A stretch of 64,000 nt of DNA from Tubulanus polymorphus (GCF_964204645.1 NC_134030.1:15748110-15812109); one strand, 5' to 3'. Positions 10,701 through 24,586 are shown, numbered from the stretch's first letter. The notes: generated by a model not told the origin, from the letters alone. Translations and numbers: made by a program.

Positions 10701-13700
10701 TTAGAAAAGAATTTTCCAATTTTTAAATCACCTAGCCTGTATACTATTGTCTATTGTTTAGTGTGAAAAGTAGAAAATCTTTAGAAAAGTGTCAGTTACC
10801 CTTTAAGTAATTTGTGAAGTTTTCATGGGAAATTTTGAAAATGATTTAACCAATTATCTTGACCTTACACACATCTTTGTGTCCACATTGTCATTTCATA
10901 GTGTTATGAATGAACTGGCAGAGGCAAGAAACCAGCTAAGAATTGTCTGGCAGTATGGAGAGGCTATGATATTATTTATGGGGGACTCAAGTCTGGTGCA
11001 CACTTGAAATTTTTTCATAATAATCTTTAGAAAGCAAAGAATTTTAGCTTCTTTTTCGGCCAATATTTAGAGAGCATATAACAACTAAAATCATTCTGTA
11101 TCATTTTTGCAATGGAAATTTTATTCTTTAAGATTTCTATTTGATTTTTCACACTTCACCGGCAATGGGAACAAGAAAAAATAGAGAATCTCTTCACCAT
11201 TGCCAGTGATGAGTTATCTTGTCATGTGGTTTTCTATACTACGTAAAATTGATCAGTATAGGTGATTTATCAATGTACAAATGGTACTGGCAGCATATTA
11301 ATTGTATAATTTCAAAAATTAGCATTGGCCATAGCGACTGGACCTTAACCACTAGGTGGCAGCAAACATGTAAAACATAGATCTGTCAGGAGTGATCTAA
11401 TTGGCATCCATCTCTGTGTCGTCACTCCTCATTTATAGGTAGAAAGAGGTTTTTTGAGGAAAAATATGAACAGGTTTTAACGTATTTAGCCTATAATCTT
11501 GATATTTGATAAATGTTATCAATTCGATTTCATACACGCATTGATTATTATCCTTAGCTTGTGTTTCTTTGAATCTACCGACAAAAGTTTTGCCCGAAGT
11601 CAATTTATTCAATTAAAGGGCAAATGCCATCAAAATTGTACTGCGATTTCTCAACCAGAAGAAACATAAGTATATAAATAACAATCTGAGATCTGACTTA
11701 TTGAAAAAAGTAACTTGAATTAGCCGTGAATTAGTCATTTATTTATCCTTCACTCCATGCGTATAGTTCATATTCAACCCGCGGGTGGCGCTATTTATGA
11801 TGTTAACTATGACAATCAACACAACCACGTATGCGCGCTGGTACGCGTAGCCTAAGCATAATCGATAGAATAAACATCATTTGCTCACCGTATTCACTGA
11901 CCTACAGCGCTACTCACTTATATACAGTTATCATGGCATATACAACGTTAGCAACATTATACAATGGTAAGAGTTTACTAATTCAAATCACTCCCAAAAC
12001 GATAAAATACCGCATGAAATGTCTAGTGAAATGACTGGAAGCCGCAAGCCTTTGTCAGAGATGATGTCAGAAACACGCACCTGCTAACATAAACAATAAC
12101 AGTGAACACGTGCTGAAATTGCTGATTTAAAAGTCGTATTTCTCAGTAATGGCTGAACTAAAATTCAAACCAGTTCCATATTTGATATTTGTGAATACAT
12201 CACATTTGAAAATGAAGTTTACACAATATTCTATTTTGATGGCATTTCCTCTTTAAGTTTTTATCTTGTTATTTCCGTCACTTTTTGCAAAAAGTCATGG
12301 AAATGATTTAAAGACCTGATGTTTAAGCATTGGAAATATGAAATTGATTGAAGGTCAGGTATTGAATTTTTTATTATAAGTTAAGCTCCCGCGTCAAACC
12401 CCAAGGGGCTCTTGTTTTCATTTCAGTTGATATTGAACGCAAAATGTCACGCAATCCGAGATGCTCAGGTTTTGGAGAAAAAAACAATCGAAGATGAAAT
12501 GGAGGATGAAGAAAAACGCTTGGACATGATGATGGAAGTTGACCGTGTGAATTCGATCAAAATTCAAGAAGAGATTGCAAAGTCCCGCAAAGAAGACTGT
12601 CTCCTTGGCGCCGAAAAGTTATTGAAGCAAATCCATGAAAACGAACAACAGTCATTGTATGAACTTGAACATAAAGATATGGAAAATCGAATGATACAGA
12701 AAATGATTCAACGCTACATTGAGGAAGACCTTGAAAAATTGGAACAGAAGAAACATGAGCAAGCACACCACCGGGTTGGTTTTCTTTAAACTATAATGTT
12801 ACTTGCAACCACTTTTCTCAAATTAAGTTTTCTAACCTCTATTTTTCACACAATTTTCTGTATTACTGGGGAGGAGACTTAGTTCTGTCTTGTAACTGTT
12901 TGTCATTGATTCTTCTAAATATGCTATTTGAGATGTCCACCCCTATTGGGAAAAAGGTCATTGGTGATAAAATATGGCTGCCATTGGGGTGGCCATCTTG
13001 AATTTCTTGTTTGCACAATGCAGCCCGCAATTCTTGATGGATTTCCGCAAAATATGGTGTGAGGATCAGGGTAGGTAAGCTGTCCATGCCTATTGTATAT
13101 TGAGGTCATCGGCTTTCAAAAATGGCCGCCAGGTGAGCCATCTTGAATTTCTAGCATGAACCGGCCTGCAATTATTGATGCGTTTTCATGATACTAGGTG
13201 TAAGAGTTTTGGTAGGTGAAATGTCTACCCCTTTTTGAAAATTGAGTTCAAGTATGGCCGCCAGGGTTGCTATCCATCTTGGATTTCTTTTCAGCACAAT
13301 GCCTACACCAATTCTTAATGCATTTTTTCATGTAGTGTGAACTTTGGGGCAGCTTAAATGGGCTTGTCTTTTCATGTAAGGATATATGAACATTATTGTC
13401 ACATAACTATTTTAAAACTTGTTACATCGTTAAAATGTAAATCATCCTGTAAAACATTGAATACTGGATCATTCTTCTTCCACTGCGTCATGAAGGTATA
13501 AGGCCCGTGGGCTTCTTGTTTACCTATGCCGTGACTTTTGAGTGACTGTGTTCAATTTTTTGTGGCACAAAATTTTATGCCTTTTAAGCTATACTAAACC
13601 TTGATATCCCATGAATTTTGCGTTCATCCATTCGTAGAGGAGCAATGTTAACCCGTGTAGAATACATAAAGCGAAACAGATAGTAGTTATAAGCCTAGTT

Positions 13701-16700
13701 CTTTTGGCCCTATAGGATAACTTGTTAATTGAACGCTACCCGTGTATAGTACTAAACATAAGAAGTGAAAGCTTGTACTTCAAAGAAGCAAGTTATCATT
13801 TAAGTACTATCCGTCTCGCTTTACTCATTCAGCCTCCAATGATGTTCACACTCATACACTGGGGAATTCTATGTGTAACCCATCATTTAGTTTCTAATAG
13901 AAATAGTAACTGATATGAATTTGATCATGATTTCCAACAATGATGGGGATTGACTCAAAGGAAAAGGTTCCACAATGCTGATAGATACCTGATTACTTCC
14001 AAATTCATCAATATGTTATCTTTATACATCAATGATGTTCACACTCATACACTGGGGAATTCTATGTGTAACCCATCATCTAGTTTCTAATAGAAATAGT
14101 AACTGATATGAATTTGATCATGATTTCCAACAATGATGGGGATTGACTCAAAGGAAAAGGTTCCACAATGCTGATAGATACCTGATTACTTCCAAATTCA
14201 TCAATATGTTATCTTTATACATATTATATTTGTTAACAGGATGAATTAAATAAGGCTAATGCTGATATGTTGGATCGCAAAAAGTTGATTAAAGAACAGG
14301 AAAAACTTGCTGAAGCAAAAGTCATTGAATACATGAAGCAGAAAGCTGTACGTATGTTTGAAAAAAATCTAAATTGTTTTAAATGCTACAGAAAGAGATA
14401 TACAGTCTACCTCGGATGTAACGTCGTTGGATATACCCAATTTTTTTCCTTCTATTAGGCCTTAAAAAAACATCGAAACCGTATTTTTTATAACGTAGAT
14501 TGCTTATATCGTATAAATTATTTGGTCCCAATTAGTAAAATCAACGTAATTATCCTTGGATATAACTTAACCCAAAAATTAAGAGATTAGAAAAAATATA
14601 ACAGTTAAAAACGAAAATGTTAATACGGTACAATATCCCTACTACTGTACACACTTGTGTCATGTTGAGTGATTGATAGATAGTTTCTATCACAAAACTA
14701 ACATATAAGCATATCACGGTTTATGTTGTGCTGAGCTAGATAGATTTCTACATAAGCATAGATCGTGAATCATCATGTACGGCAATGTCAACTGTTGCCA
14801 GGGCTACCATAGGCATACACGCAAGCTATTTAAACTTCATTGGAAGTCAGATAGATGGCATATGGGGGTACTGTATGTATGTACTTTTTATGCACACCAT
14901 AGGAATGCATGGATATCCCTTGGTTTTAAATGACATTCAGATATAACGAAGTTTCTACGGTATATACGTATACCGTATTTCGGTTATAACGTAGAAATTA
15001 TCTGGTACCGACTGCTACGTTACATCCGAGGTAGACTGTATTGTATAATTTCTATGATTCTTGTAGCATACAAGTAAATCTTGGGCTCTGGATCTCTACA
15101 GAGTTCTACAGAGTAAAAAGTGTTGATGGTAGAGAGGCCGGAGTTGATAATGATAATAACGATCATAGATAATTGATGATGGTGTAACAAAGTGAAGGGC
15201 ATGATCATGAAATAGGCTGAATCAAGTACATGAGGGTAAATGGAACAAAACGAATCAATCGTTGAGCACACGGTTGTCATACTTTTTAGGAACGAGAAGC
15301 TGCCTATGAAGCTGAACAGGAACGCATCCGTGTAGAGAAAGAGAAGGAGACAGCTCGTTTACGGGCATTACAGGAACGTGCTCGTGATGAACAAGCCGAA
15401 CGGGATGAACTGCGAGCAAAACGAGCGACTGAACAGGCTGAACGTGAGTGGAGGCGTAAAAACACTGAAGAGGAACGAAAAAAACATGAAACAGAGGAAC
15501 AGTTAAAGATAGCTCGTGCTGAACAGATGGAGAAAAAGGAACACTTTCTTGCTGTGCAAGCTAAGCGTGATCGTGCTGAATTTGAGCGAGTACTTGGGTA
15601 AATATCTGACATGACTTAATAAGTTATTTTTCCACCATGTCATCCTGATTCAGTTTCCGCTTAAAAAGTTGTCTTTTTGATTCAAAATAGGAGATTAAGA
15701 AAATACAATTTTTTGCTTAATTTTCCTGTAACCGTCAATCGGTTGCTAGTCACCGATGCGAATAAACCAGCTACAGTGAATAGATTAGTCAGTATTGATC
15801 TCTGTGAGGCATTCTAACTCGTTTTCCTGAGAGCATATGGTGACTCGAGCCTACAATTTCTACATTAGCAGGAACGTGATTCATCATACGATTCACGTGT
15901 ACTAGGGGGTATAGAATCCTTGTGTCATGTAAGTCTAATTTCTGAAAATGAGAAGATCATCAGCAGTAATTGTGCAATACTTTTAAGACATTGTCTAATG
16001 AGTTTGGCTGATATTTTGGACAGTAATGCGTCAATGACCTTAGGGGTCTCTGACCACTAAGGGTCAGACCTTGAAGGTGTGCCACAAAGTTTGCGAACTT
16101 TGTATCATTCAAAAGCGTGTGAAAAGAGCTTTCAGAAAATGTATATTTTATGGGGTTATTTGAGTTTTAAGTTTAAGTTACTCATTAGCACTTAGGAATT
16201 TCACTATAAAGTGCCAATTACTCCTCAGAAAATTCAAGGGAAAATCCAAGTTTATCACAATACCGAATTGCTCATTTGCTTGTTTATTTTAATGCATTAC
16301 AAGTTCATGTTATTTTGTAGTGAATAGTCAAGGCTTTCATATATAAGTTTTGATGAGGTGGGCCACCAAAATCGTGTCCTTTTGGCCCCCCCCCAAAATT
16401 CATCCAAACATTCTTGGATTTGAAGTGAGTGCTCGGATCTTGCCAGTTAAATGGTTAATTTTCATCATCACGAATAAAATTTTGATTGTGGAATGTAGGT
16501 ATGCTGTACTATGTTAGGCTATGAAATCCTAGGCCGACAAGTCTAGCTTATATGTGTTACCCATTCTAACAGCTTGTTAAGTAATGTCTCATCATCATGG
16601 CCCCTGTCTACACTTTGTTTGTCTAAGCCCTATCCCTCAGATCTATCATTATCCTAAGATGGATTGGCCATGACAGTGTCATGAGTGATTGATCAAATAA

Positions 16701-19700
16701 TATATTTATTGGGACTAGCATCTTCAAAACTTTCAGAGACACTGATCAGTCATGCAACCTTGGCCACATGAATCCATGGGGCTTTTAGCCTTATTGTTAA
16801 ATAATAATGAGAACGCAACTATCACAATCCCAATGATGATAATGAGTTTATTTACATGTTCAAACGTTTCGATCGATTTGGACTCATCTCTTCGAGTCCG
16901 TAAACATCGAAAATTGGGCCCCATTCAATGAGGCGACATGTTTTTCTGAGTCGTCATCCCGAAATCCACTGGAGGCTGCTCGTCACTTCGATCAATTCAA
17001 GTCTAAATAAACAAATTTATTGCCGCAAGACTTCACATTCAGCCGCGGTCGTCTAACTGTATTTTTTAATGATAATCCCATTTTCTTCATCAGTACACTT
17101 TACCTATCCACAGGATATTTACTACTCTAAATATTATAAGCACTGTCGAGCTGTTAAGATTGATGAATTAATTTGTGTCTTTATATCCTCGTTCCGCGGA
17201 TCCGCTGCAAGTTCTCAAACTTGTTGTGTTAATTGCATACTAATCATAAAAAAGAATTCATTGAGTGACCATGAGAATTGGTATTTAGAATTTTGGCATT
17301 TATTGGCTATTGAGAACATGTGAACTCATTACATGATACATCAAATTTAAGAAGATGTTACATTTATAATACAAATAATTACATCAAAGTAGAACTTACA
17401 TTTATAATACAAATAATTACATCAAAGTAGAACCATTATTTGTAATCAAATGTTGAAATTGTTATCAAAATGTATTACCAAGTTTGTTTTCTGGTGTTAT
17501 TATGATGTGAAATTAACTACATTAGTTAGTAATGATAGACTGGGATATTTTTTCCGGGACATTTTTTCCCTGGGACATTTTTACCGGGGACATATTTTCC
17601 CAGGACATTTTTACCGTATACCAAACATACTGCATAGAGCACCATGATTTCATCTCGTTCAGCTGTTCTCATTCAAAATGGATTTTTGTGCTCAAAAGTA
17701 AAATGTACTCATTTGATCCGAATGGACCCATGGTCCTTTATTTTGTTAACAGCAAAAAGACCCATCCAGGCTAGACAACGAAATATTTGACCCGAAAATC
17801 AAACGGAACTTGGCTTGTTAAGGTCTAAAATGCTTTTGACATCCATACGAATGACATTTGTACTTGTGACATTTGAACGTATGATATTGGGCTTTACTTG
17901 AAATGAAAGTTGTTATATGTTGTCAAATTGAAAATTGTCAAATTATTTGACGTATATTCATTGCAGAGCGCAAAAAGAACTGGTTGAAAAAGAGAAACGA
18001 GAAAAAGATGAACATGCTCGACGTCGACGTGTTCACGCCTCAGATGTACGCATGCAAATCAAAGAGAAAGAACAACAAAAGATTGCTATACGAAACGCAT
18101 TCTTTGAAGAGGGGGTACAAATTGATGCTGAGGCACGAGCACGAAGAACGAAACTTGACGAAATTAAGAAGAAAAAATTAGAAGAATTGAAGTACGTAGG
18201 CAATGAGTATTTATTTTTGATAAAGAAATCAATGTTACCACTATAATTACATTTCAAGGATTCTTAATCTTCAGGAAATATTCAGGGGCTACGTTTTCCT
18301 GCATAATTATTGGTGTAGCCCATTATTTCTTATCCAAAAGGCCTGCTGCAATGGCCTGAGAAGCATCAACCTTATGTTGATGTTGATAAATCCCTAAGAA
18401 GTTTATTAGGATGACAAAATACACACCCCGGTATATTTTGCTCAATGTTATACAGTCAACTTCACTTAATCCCTATCAGTGTGACTGGCGATTTTTCTAT
18501 GGTTTCATTGAAAATAAGAATAAAGTGAAAACCAATTTGTGACAAACCAACCCAAAATATGTCGAAAGGTGTTCCTTTTCATCCAACCATTTCCATAATC
18601 ACTCCATCTTTCAGTATATATATTCGTGTGTTAAGTACAATTTTTTGATAAAATTTGATGGAATTCAAAAAACTGTCACAGTTGGGGGTCATTCATTTAC
18701 TACGTACGCATTAGGGGAGGGGGAGGGGTTAGTGCAATTACGTACTGTAATGCTTAATGTATATGAAAATATGGCCGATTTTGCGTACAGAGGGCAGATT
18801 AAGAGGGCTTGACTGTAAAAACTGTCTATCTAGTCAACCTTTGGAATAAAATGTCAGCTTGATTCCACCAATTATCCAGGTTGATAAACTTTACAGTAAA
18901 TTATATAAGAAAATTCTGATCACTCATCTCAGTTGATGTGATTTTTGTCAGGGAAATTATCTGCGGTTAATTCTGAAATGAATGAATGAATGCTTTCAGG
19001 AAATGTGGTATCGCTGACCATTTCTTACAGCAAATAGCAGCAAAAGTCAACCTATCGATGGAAGCGCGATAAATTCTTGGTAGCTTTTTACTTAGTTGTT
19101 TTTTCATCCATCTTCAAGCTTATGCATGTAGTTACTCTTATTCAGTCCCAAAAAAGGTTTGTGTCATGTACAGTGCAAAAAGTAAAAGGTGAAATGAAAC
19201 CTAAAAGCCCTGCTGTACCCGGATTTCATATGCAGCCCACGATTACCAAAAATAGTTTACTTAAATGCTTTGCTGTCACTGATTGTCAATAAAGGTTCAG
19301 ATGAATACTGAACAGATATGGACCCAAATAATGCTTTGCTGTTGCTGATTGTAAAAAGCTTGCTTTCCCTTATCCTCAGACACAAATTACAAGTCACTTT
19401 CATTTCCTGTTCCTTAAAGGTGCAGCTGGAGTCGAGCTGCATATTATGACCGAAGAATTTTGATTTATCTATTAAAGTTGAGTACTTGTCATTGTTTAGA
19501 AGTTAGGCCGTTCAGAGAGTCCAGGGTATTACCAACCTGATCACTTGGCAATATACATGTAACTTGAAACTGAATCAAATCAATATAAACTTATACCTAT
19601 GTCTGTTTGATGATTTACTGGCTCCAATGATTAATGATGAAGCTGTACCGCCAACGTTAGGCATGTATTGAGTTAAGATGGATGTTTCAAAGTTACCGGT

Positions 19701-20926
19701 AGATGTGACAAAATGTACAAAAAATTCTCAATTGGACTTAAATATATTAGAGAGCTCTCAAAATTTCAATAGTTGTGTCAATTAGAACAACCAGGGGTGG
19801 ATCGAGGGTTTGGGTTAGACATTATTGGAAGGAAATTTTAGGGCACCTGTCTCATCTAAGAGCACATCCATTATCCAAGCCAAAGTGAGCAGAAATTTTT
19901 GAAAATTTGGTACCATTTTAAGCTTCTAGAGACTAAAGAGCAATAAACATTAAAAATAAACCAAAACCCAAGACATGAATTCAAGAAATGCAGAGAAAAA
20001 TGAAGCTGCAAAAAGTGTCTGGTGCCAAATTTTTTGTCAAGCATTTATATTTCAAGCCCCAGGACCTCTAGTTTCCGAGAATGAAACATCTTTACATGTA
20101 TTTGTATCTGCCTTGGAACTGTTCAGAATTAACCACCGTTACTGCGTTATACCGCACATATCCTTAATCATATCAGGGGTTGACTGTACCGAGAAAAATC
20201 TGCAAAATTTCGCTGATAAAAATTTGTTTTCCAATATTTTGTTGCTTCACTTATTTCCAATAGAACCTGCATTATCCTGATCATTTGGGACCGGTGACAA
20301 TGCGGATTAAGGTAAAGGATTAAGCAGTTTTAAAGAGCAAATGTTGTCAAAATAGAATATTGTGTAAAACTCATTTTCAAATGTGATATATTCACAAATA
20401 TGAAATATGTGACTGGTTTGAATTTTAGTTCAGCCATTACTGAGAAATACGATTTTTAAATTGGCACGTGCTCACTGTTATTGTTGTAAGCAAGTGCGTG
20501 TTTCTGACGTCATCTATGACAAACGCTCGCGGCTGCCAGTTATTTCACTAAACATTTCATCCGATATTTATCCATTTTGGGAGTGATTTGAATTAATAAA
20601 CTCTTAATATTGCACACAGTTGCTACTGTTGTATATGACATGATAATGGTATATAAGTGAGTAGCACTGTAGGTCTGCGAAGACGGTGAACAAATGATGT
20701 TTATTTTATCGACTATACATAGGCACCGCTACGCGATACCCTATATATGCCCTTTAAGGCTCCATAACATGTTATGTATTGTCATGTGCCTTAATGACTT
20801 TTTATGGTTTATCAATTGAGTAACTCGAGATTTCTCTTGTTTTCTTACAGATCGGCTGGCATTGATACTCGGTATATCGCTCAAGTTGAACGGAAAATAC
20901 AGCAACCACAACACGTCAGCGTCTAA
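7704..20926 (+). CDS. CFAP45: Cilia- and flagella-associated protein 45 (CCDC19), 9 coding exons, ~566 aa
   Basis: Exons 7704-7706 (ATG only, tentative), 8204-8520, 9493-9637, 9904-10074, 12427-12774, 14240-14347, 15290-15597, 17967-18191, 20851-20926 all join with GT-AG and compatible phases. Peptides SNVDETLFG, VITKDLIRNLVVPSEDPSG and LILNAKCHAIRDAQVLEKK plus a long E/K/R coiled coil match CFAP45. Confidence 0.92.
8204..8520 (+). CDS. CFAP45: CFAP45 exon 2
   Basis: TTACAG acceptor, GTAAGT donor; encodes YRVISHTSNVDETLFG...TKDLIRNLV. Confidence 0.9.
9493..9637 (+). CDS. CFAP45: CFAP45 exon 3
   Basis: VPSEDPSGQSVILSRSDFERIMKSCRVLTKEERE; phase 2 to phase 0. Confidence 0.88.
9904..10074 (+). 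CDS. CFAP45: CFAP45 exon 4
   Basis: DACSERKNQMK...LNDLEEEAREK...EQEDEIKYLNE. Confidence 0.9.
11617..12252. mobile_element. TTAA-targeting MITE (Kolobok-like); related inverted copy at 20334-20753
   Basis: TTAA on both sides; TIR AGGGCAAATGCCATCAAAAT / ATTTTGATGGCATTTCCTCT; interior similar to the reverse complement of 20334-20753. Confidence 0.7.
12427..12774 (+). CDS. CFAP45: CFAP45 exon 5
   Basis: LILNAKCHAIRDAQVLEKK...EEKRLDMMMEVDR; weak GTTGGT donor. Confidence 0.88.
13837..14222. repeat. 193-bp tandem duplication in CFAP45 intron 5
   Basis: 13837-14029 and 14030-14222 are identical except for about 1 substitution. Confidence 0.92.
14240..14347 (+). CDS. CFAP45: CFAP45 exon 6
   Basis: DELNKANADMLDRKK...KVIEYMKQKA; AG/GT flanks. 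Confidence 0.88.
14403..15038. mobile_element. Tigger/pogo-like MITE
   Basis: Perfect 22-bp TIR CAGTCTACCTCGGATGTAACGT with TA TSD. Confidence 0.85.
15290..15597 (+). CDS. CFAP45: CFAP45 exon 7
   Basis: EREAAYEAEQERIRVEKEKETARLRALQERARDEQAERDELRAKR...EFERVL. Confidence 0.9.
17967..18191 (+). CDS. CFAP45: CFAP45 exon 8
   Basis: AQKELVEKEK...RNAFFEEG...IKKKKLEEL; phase 2 at both ends. Confidence 0.9.
19000..19072 (+). CDS. CFAP45: Candidate alternative CFAP45 last exon (9a)
   Basis: TTTCAG acceptor in the correct phase; encodes KCGIADHFLQQIAAKVNLSMEAR*, paralogous to exon 9b; AATAAA at 19288. Confidence 0.55.
20851..20926 (+). CDS. CFAP45: CFAP45 last exon (9b)
   Basis: Strong polypyrimidine tract and CAG acceptor; SAGIDTRYIAQVERKIQQPQHVSV* resembles the CFAP45 C-terminus; AATAAA near 21210. 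Confidence 0.85.
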
Positions 20927-21269
20927 TCATCCCTCACCTCAAAAATACTATATTGTTATCTTCTATCTGTTAAATATGTATAATATACAGAATTTTTAAA
21001 AACCCGTACACGGGTGTTCGATAAAATTATCCCAATCTTTTTTAGGATTATCATAGAACCTTCACTGCTTGCAAAGAATCTTTTTATGTCCCTTGAATGT
21101 TCGTTGTTAACAATATTGTGATATTTATTTGGGCAGTCTGGTTTTAGATAAAGAAATGTGAATGAATAATATACACACAGCAAATTGTTGTACATATGAT
21201 TTGATTTTAAATAAATAATGAACTTTTAGTCAATCTAAAAAGAAAAACACAAATATACGTGTATCATTG

Positions 21270-22550
21270 TTTCGTGGGTATAGAGGATTACTCGCCTGCC
21301 ATCGCCACACACGCAGTACCGCCTTGGCCAACTTAGATATTTGATTCTATATTTAGGCAGGTGGGGATGGTTTCTGGTGCAAACGAACTAAGCACCAAAG
21401 CAGCGATAACGGATTTTTTAGTATATTTTGAAAGACAACTATTCTAATCAAAATTTATCTAATGTAAATGAAATGAACTATTCTTGGCACACGAGGGCGC
21501 GCAATAGTAAAACCCCACCTATGTAGATCCGGGCTCAGGTCTGGTGGTACCAGAATCAAGATCTCCCAGTAGCACATCGATTGAGACCAAAAGACTTTCC
21601 AATACCGTTGCAAGCGCATGCTTCTGAAGTGGCCTAAGGGTACCACCAGACCCATGGAGAAACGGTGCTCGGGGTTACGGAGACTCCTGCAACAGCTTGA
21701 AGTTTCGATACTCGAGCCATGGATTGATAGGATGTATAGACTGCCGACGCGAAGATCAAGTTCATCCCCCAAAAGAGAAATGTTGGGCCGCCGTCAATTG
21801 CGACTTTTCCCTGATTACGCGGAACCCTAAACTGGTGTACTGAGGCCACCGCCTCCTGACACACTTAAGCTGACTGACAGTACCAACCAGTCGACGAGGT
21901 TAACAAACAGTGAATCCCTTCCGGACAAATTAGTAGGGGGCCGTACTGAGGCCGAATGGAAGGGACCAGAACTATAACTGTTGGCCTATCCACTTAAGAG
22001 AATTTTAGGGGAATTGGAGCCTGAAAATATACATCTTCCAGGTCCACAAAGAAGCCACCCATTCACCCAGGCGTAGGCCTTGAATCACATCTCTGGGTTT
22101 GGTCATAAGAGACGTATGGAACCATGAATATTCGTGAGACCCAGCTGGGAAAAGTTTCGTTCCGTTGTGGTACTATCAATCCCTTCTCGGCCAAATTTTC
22201 GAGTGCCGGTGAAATGAGCACATTTTGGGACGCTTGTTGGGAGGGGACCTCGTCAGGCACGGTCACCTTAAGAAATGGAAACATTAGCCACGTGAGACGA
22301 TTCAGGCGAGCCAACCATCCCCGAATAGATCGGACCAGTAGGAGGCTACGTACTTGTTGCAGACAACCTCCCACCGGTCTCGAGGATTCATGCTGGGTTC
22401 TTACAAAAGGAATGCGCCTTCTTGCATTCGCCCCGATATGAACTACATGTATAACTATTCTGTTAACAAATTTCGTGTTAAGTCGAAATTCGACTGAATA
22501 AGTCAAAATTGTGAAAAAATTTTCTCGTATGTCACCTAGGGGCTTCCGTA
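21270..22550 (-). mobile_element. Heavily deleted DIRS-like retrotransposon remnant
   Basis: GC-richer block with an RT N-terminal remnant (ISPALENLAEKGLIVP...SWVSRIFMVP) and recombinase-like C-terminal fragments, comparable to the 30.6-34.9 kb element. Boundaries are approximate. Confidence 0.55.
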
Positions 22551-24499
22551 CATAGCTGTATAGTGTACGACAGTTGTTTTTTCTGTGGGTGTTTACACGT
22601 TCATCCTCGAGTACTGGTAATCCACATTAACGGTAACAAAATCAGTCCCACGTTCGTTTCCTTTTACTTCATTTCGAGGAAGCATGAAAATAGCGAAAAT
22701 TATTGTCTCAGTTTCGATTAAATGAGTCGATATAGTTTGATTTTATAGGTTTTGGGCAGCTACTTATTTATGAATAAAGTTTCTTGCATATGTTTTACTT
22801 GCATTACCGGTACTGGTATTTGTTTGGCATTGGTAAAAAAAGTAAACTTCCCTCCCGTTCTATAAGTCTCTGGTTGAGCTTTTTATTTCAACTTTTTTAT
22901 TTTAAAAAAAGCATAAAATAAAATCCGCCCGCCTTCGTCACTTTCCAGAAAAAAATCTGATAAGGAACTAGGGTATTTAGTCGGTATAGCCGGAGACCAG
23001 GCCGAGCCCACTGCCGCAAGAACCAGTCAAGAACTCGTCTTCCACAGCGCCCGTGTGGTGGATTTTACCTGACTCTCGTGGATTTTCCGCAGTATTACAT
23101 TGAATATCATTAGAAGACGTATTGTAATTGTAAAGGATGTATGATTATATCAGAAGCGGCAGGCGTAAATAGAAATGATAAGTAAATCGGATTATTCGGT
23201 AAAAATGGCGGATGTATACACGATTTGGAAGTCTGATATAAAAGTGAGACACTGACATGGGGATGCTGGTGGAATGATAAAGCTATCTACGATCTGTGTA
23301 GGGCGGGCGTGAATTTCATCGGCGGCTACAAGCGGTCAATATAAAACTGTGTAAACAGATAATTTTAATATTCAAATTTTTTAGAAAACTATGTTCGATA
23401 TTAGGGGTATGCAGGTCTCATGAGATTAGCAAAATATAATAGATAGCTGTCATATACGGCTCCGCGTCCTCTGATGGCATGTGTATTAGGTGACAATTCA
23501 ATTCTTTATTGATCCTTTAACATATAAAATTCCCAAATTCAATAAAGTTACAAATCTTAAAATAAGAAAATAAACATACAAGACACATGCGTAATTCATA
23601 CAGAATTACATAAACAAGTTATTTTAAATGACAATGTCTACTACAACCCAGACTCAAGAGGATATCGAGTGACAGCCAAACCGAGACCAGGCCGGCTGGA
23701 TAGGCCACACCATGCTCCAAAGTCATGATGAAGCAGACATCAGTCACCATGGAGGCGATGAAGTTGCAGACCAGCTTAGAGGCAAAAGTGAATGAAGTCG
23801 GTCGCAAGTTGTCATTATTGACAATTTTCAATAAAAAAATTTCAAATTTGCAATCCCACTTTAGCTTATCCCAAAAATTCTACATTTTTTTCGCAGGCGT
23901 CAAATAATTTATTAATTTCTTGTTGCGAGTAGTGCTTAAGTACGAAACGAAATACCACGGACTTAAGAATTTAATTTTTCATCCGAACGATTTAGCCTAC
24001 GCTATGTGTACTGTTAAACCTCATTAATGCGATTTTGTTAAAGACGAAATTAGTTAATTCTGATGTTTTCCATCATGACCCAGCCAATAGATTTATATCA
24101 ATCAAGATGTGTACAAAAACCCATTTAATACAACAATTTCGGCACTTTCGCATACACAAGATTCATATTCTAAGTACAACTGTAAGGGTAATCTCGACTG
24201 ACTGTGATTTTTCTTACGTGAACTGTTAGGCATTATTGCTAAATAATGAAAACAAAACAGGACCATTCTTCTGAATGTAAAATACTCTAGATGCATAATA
24301 GGTAGGGATGATCAACCGGACAAACGTACGCATCAAGACGTTGCACGGAGAGCGATGCCGGCGTAGTGTCACTGAGGCAGAATGATGATTGCTTGTTTGT
24401 CTTTTTGTTTGTTTACGTTGTTCGGAACTCCTTTTTAAAGCCTTATTGGATTCATTTAACCTCAAGATGGGACGGTCTTTGGTTGCCCACACACTGTAA

Positions 24500-24586
24500 G
24501 CTGCCAGCAGGACTCGAACCCACTTGTCACTCAGCACTGATAGTGGATGCAACAGCATCATGCCTTATCTCACAGCTACCGAGGCC
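24500..24586 (-). repeat. tRNA-derived SINE head
   Basis: A-box-like GGTAGCTGTGAGATAAGG and B-box GGTTCGAGTCC on the minus strand; no canonical cloverleaf. Confidence 0.45.

Noticed and set aside
15304-15612. Minus-strand ORFs at 15304-15612, 9927-10127 and 18033-18257
   Set aside because: They are antisense shadows of CFAP45 coiled-coil exons.
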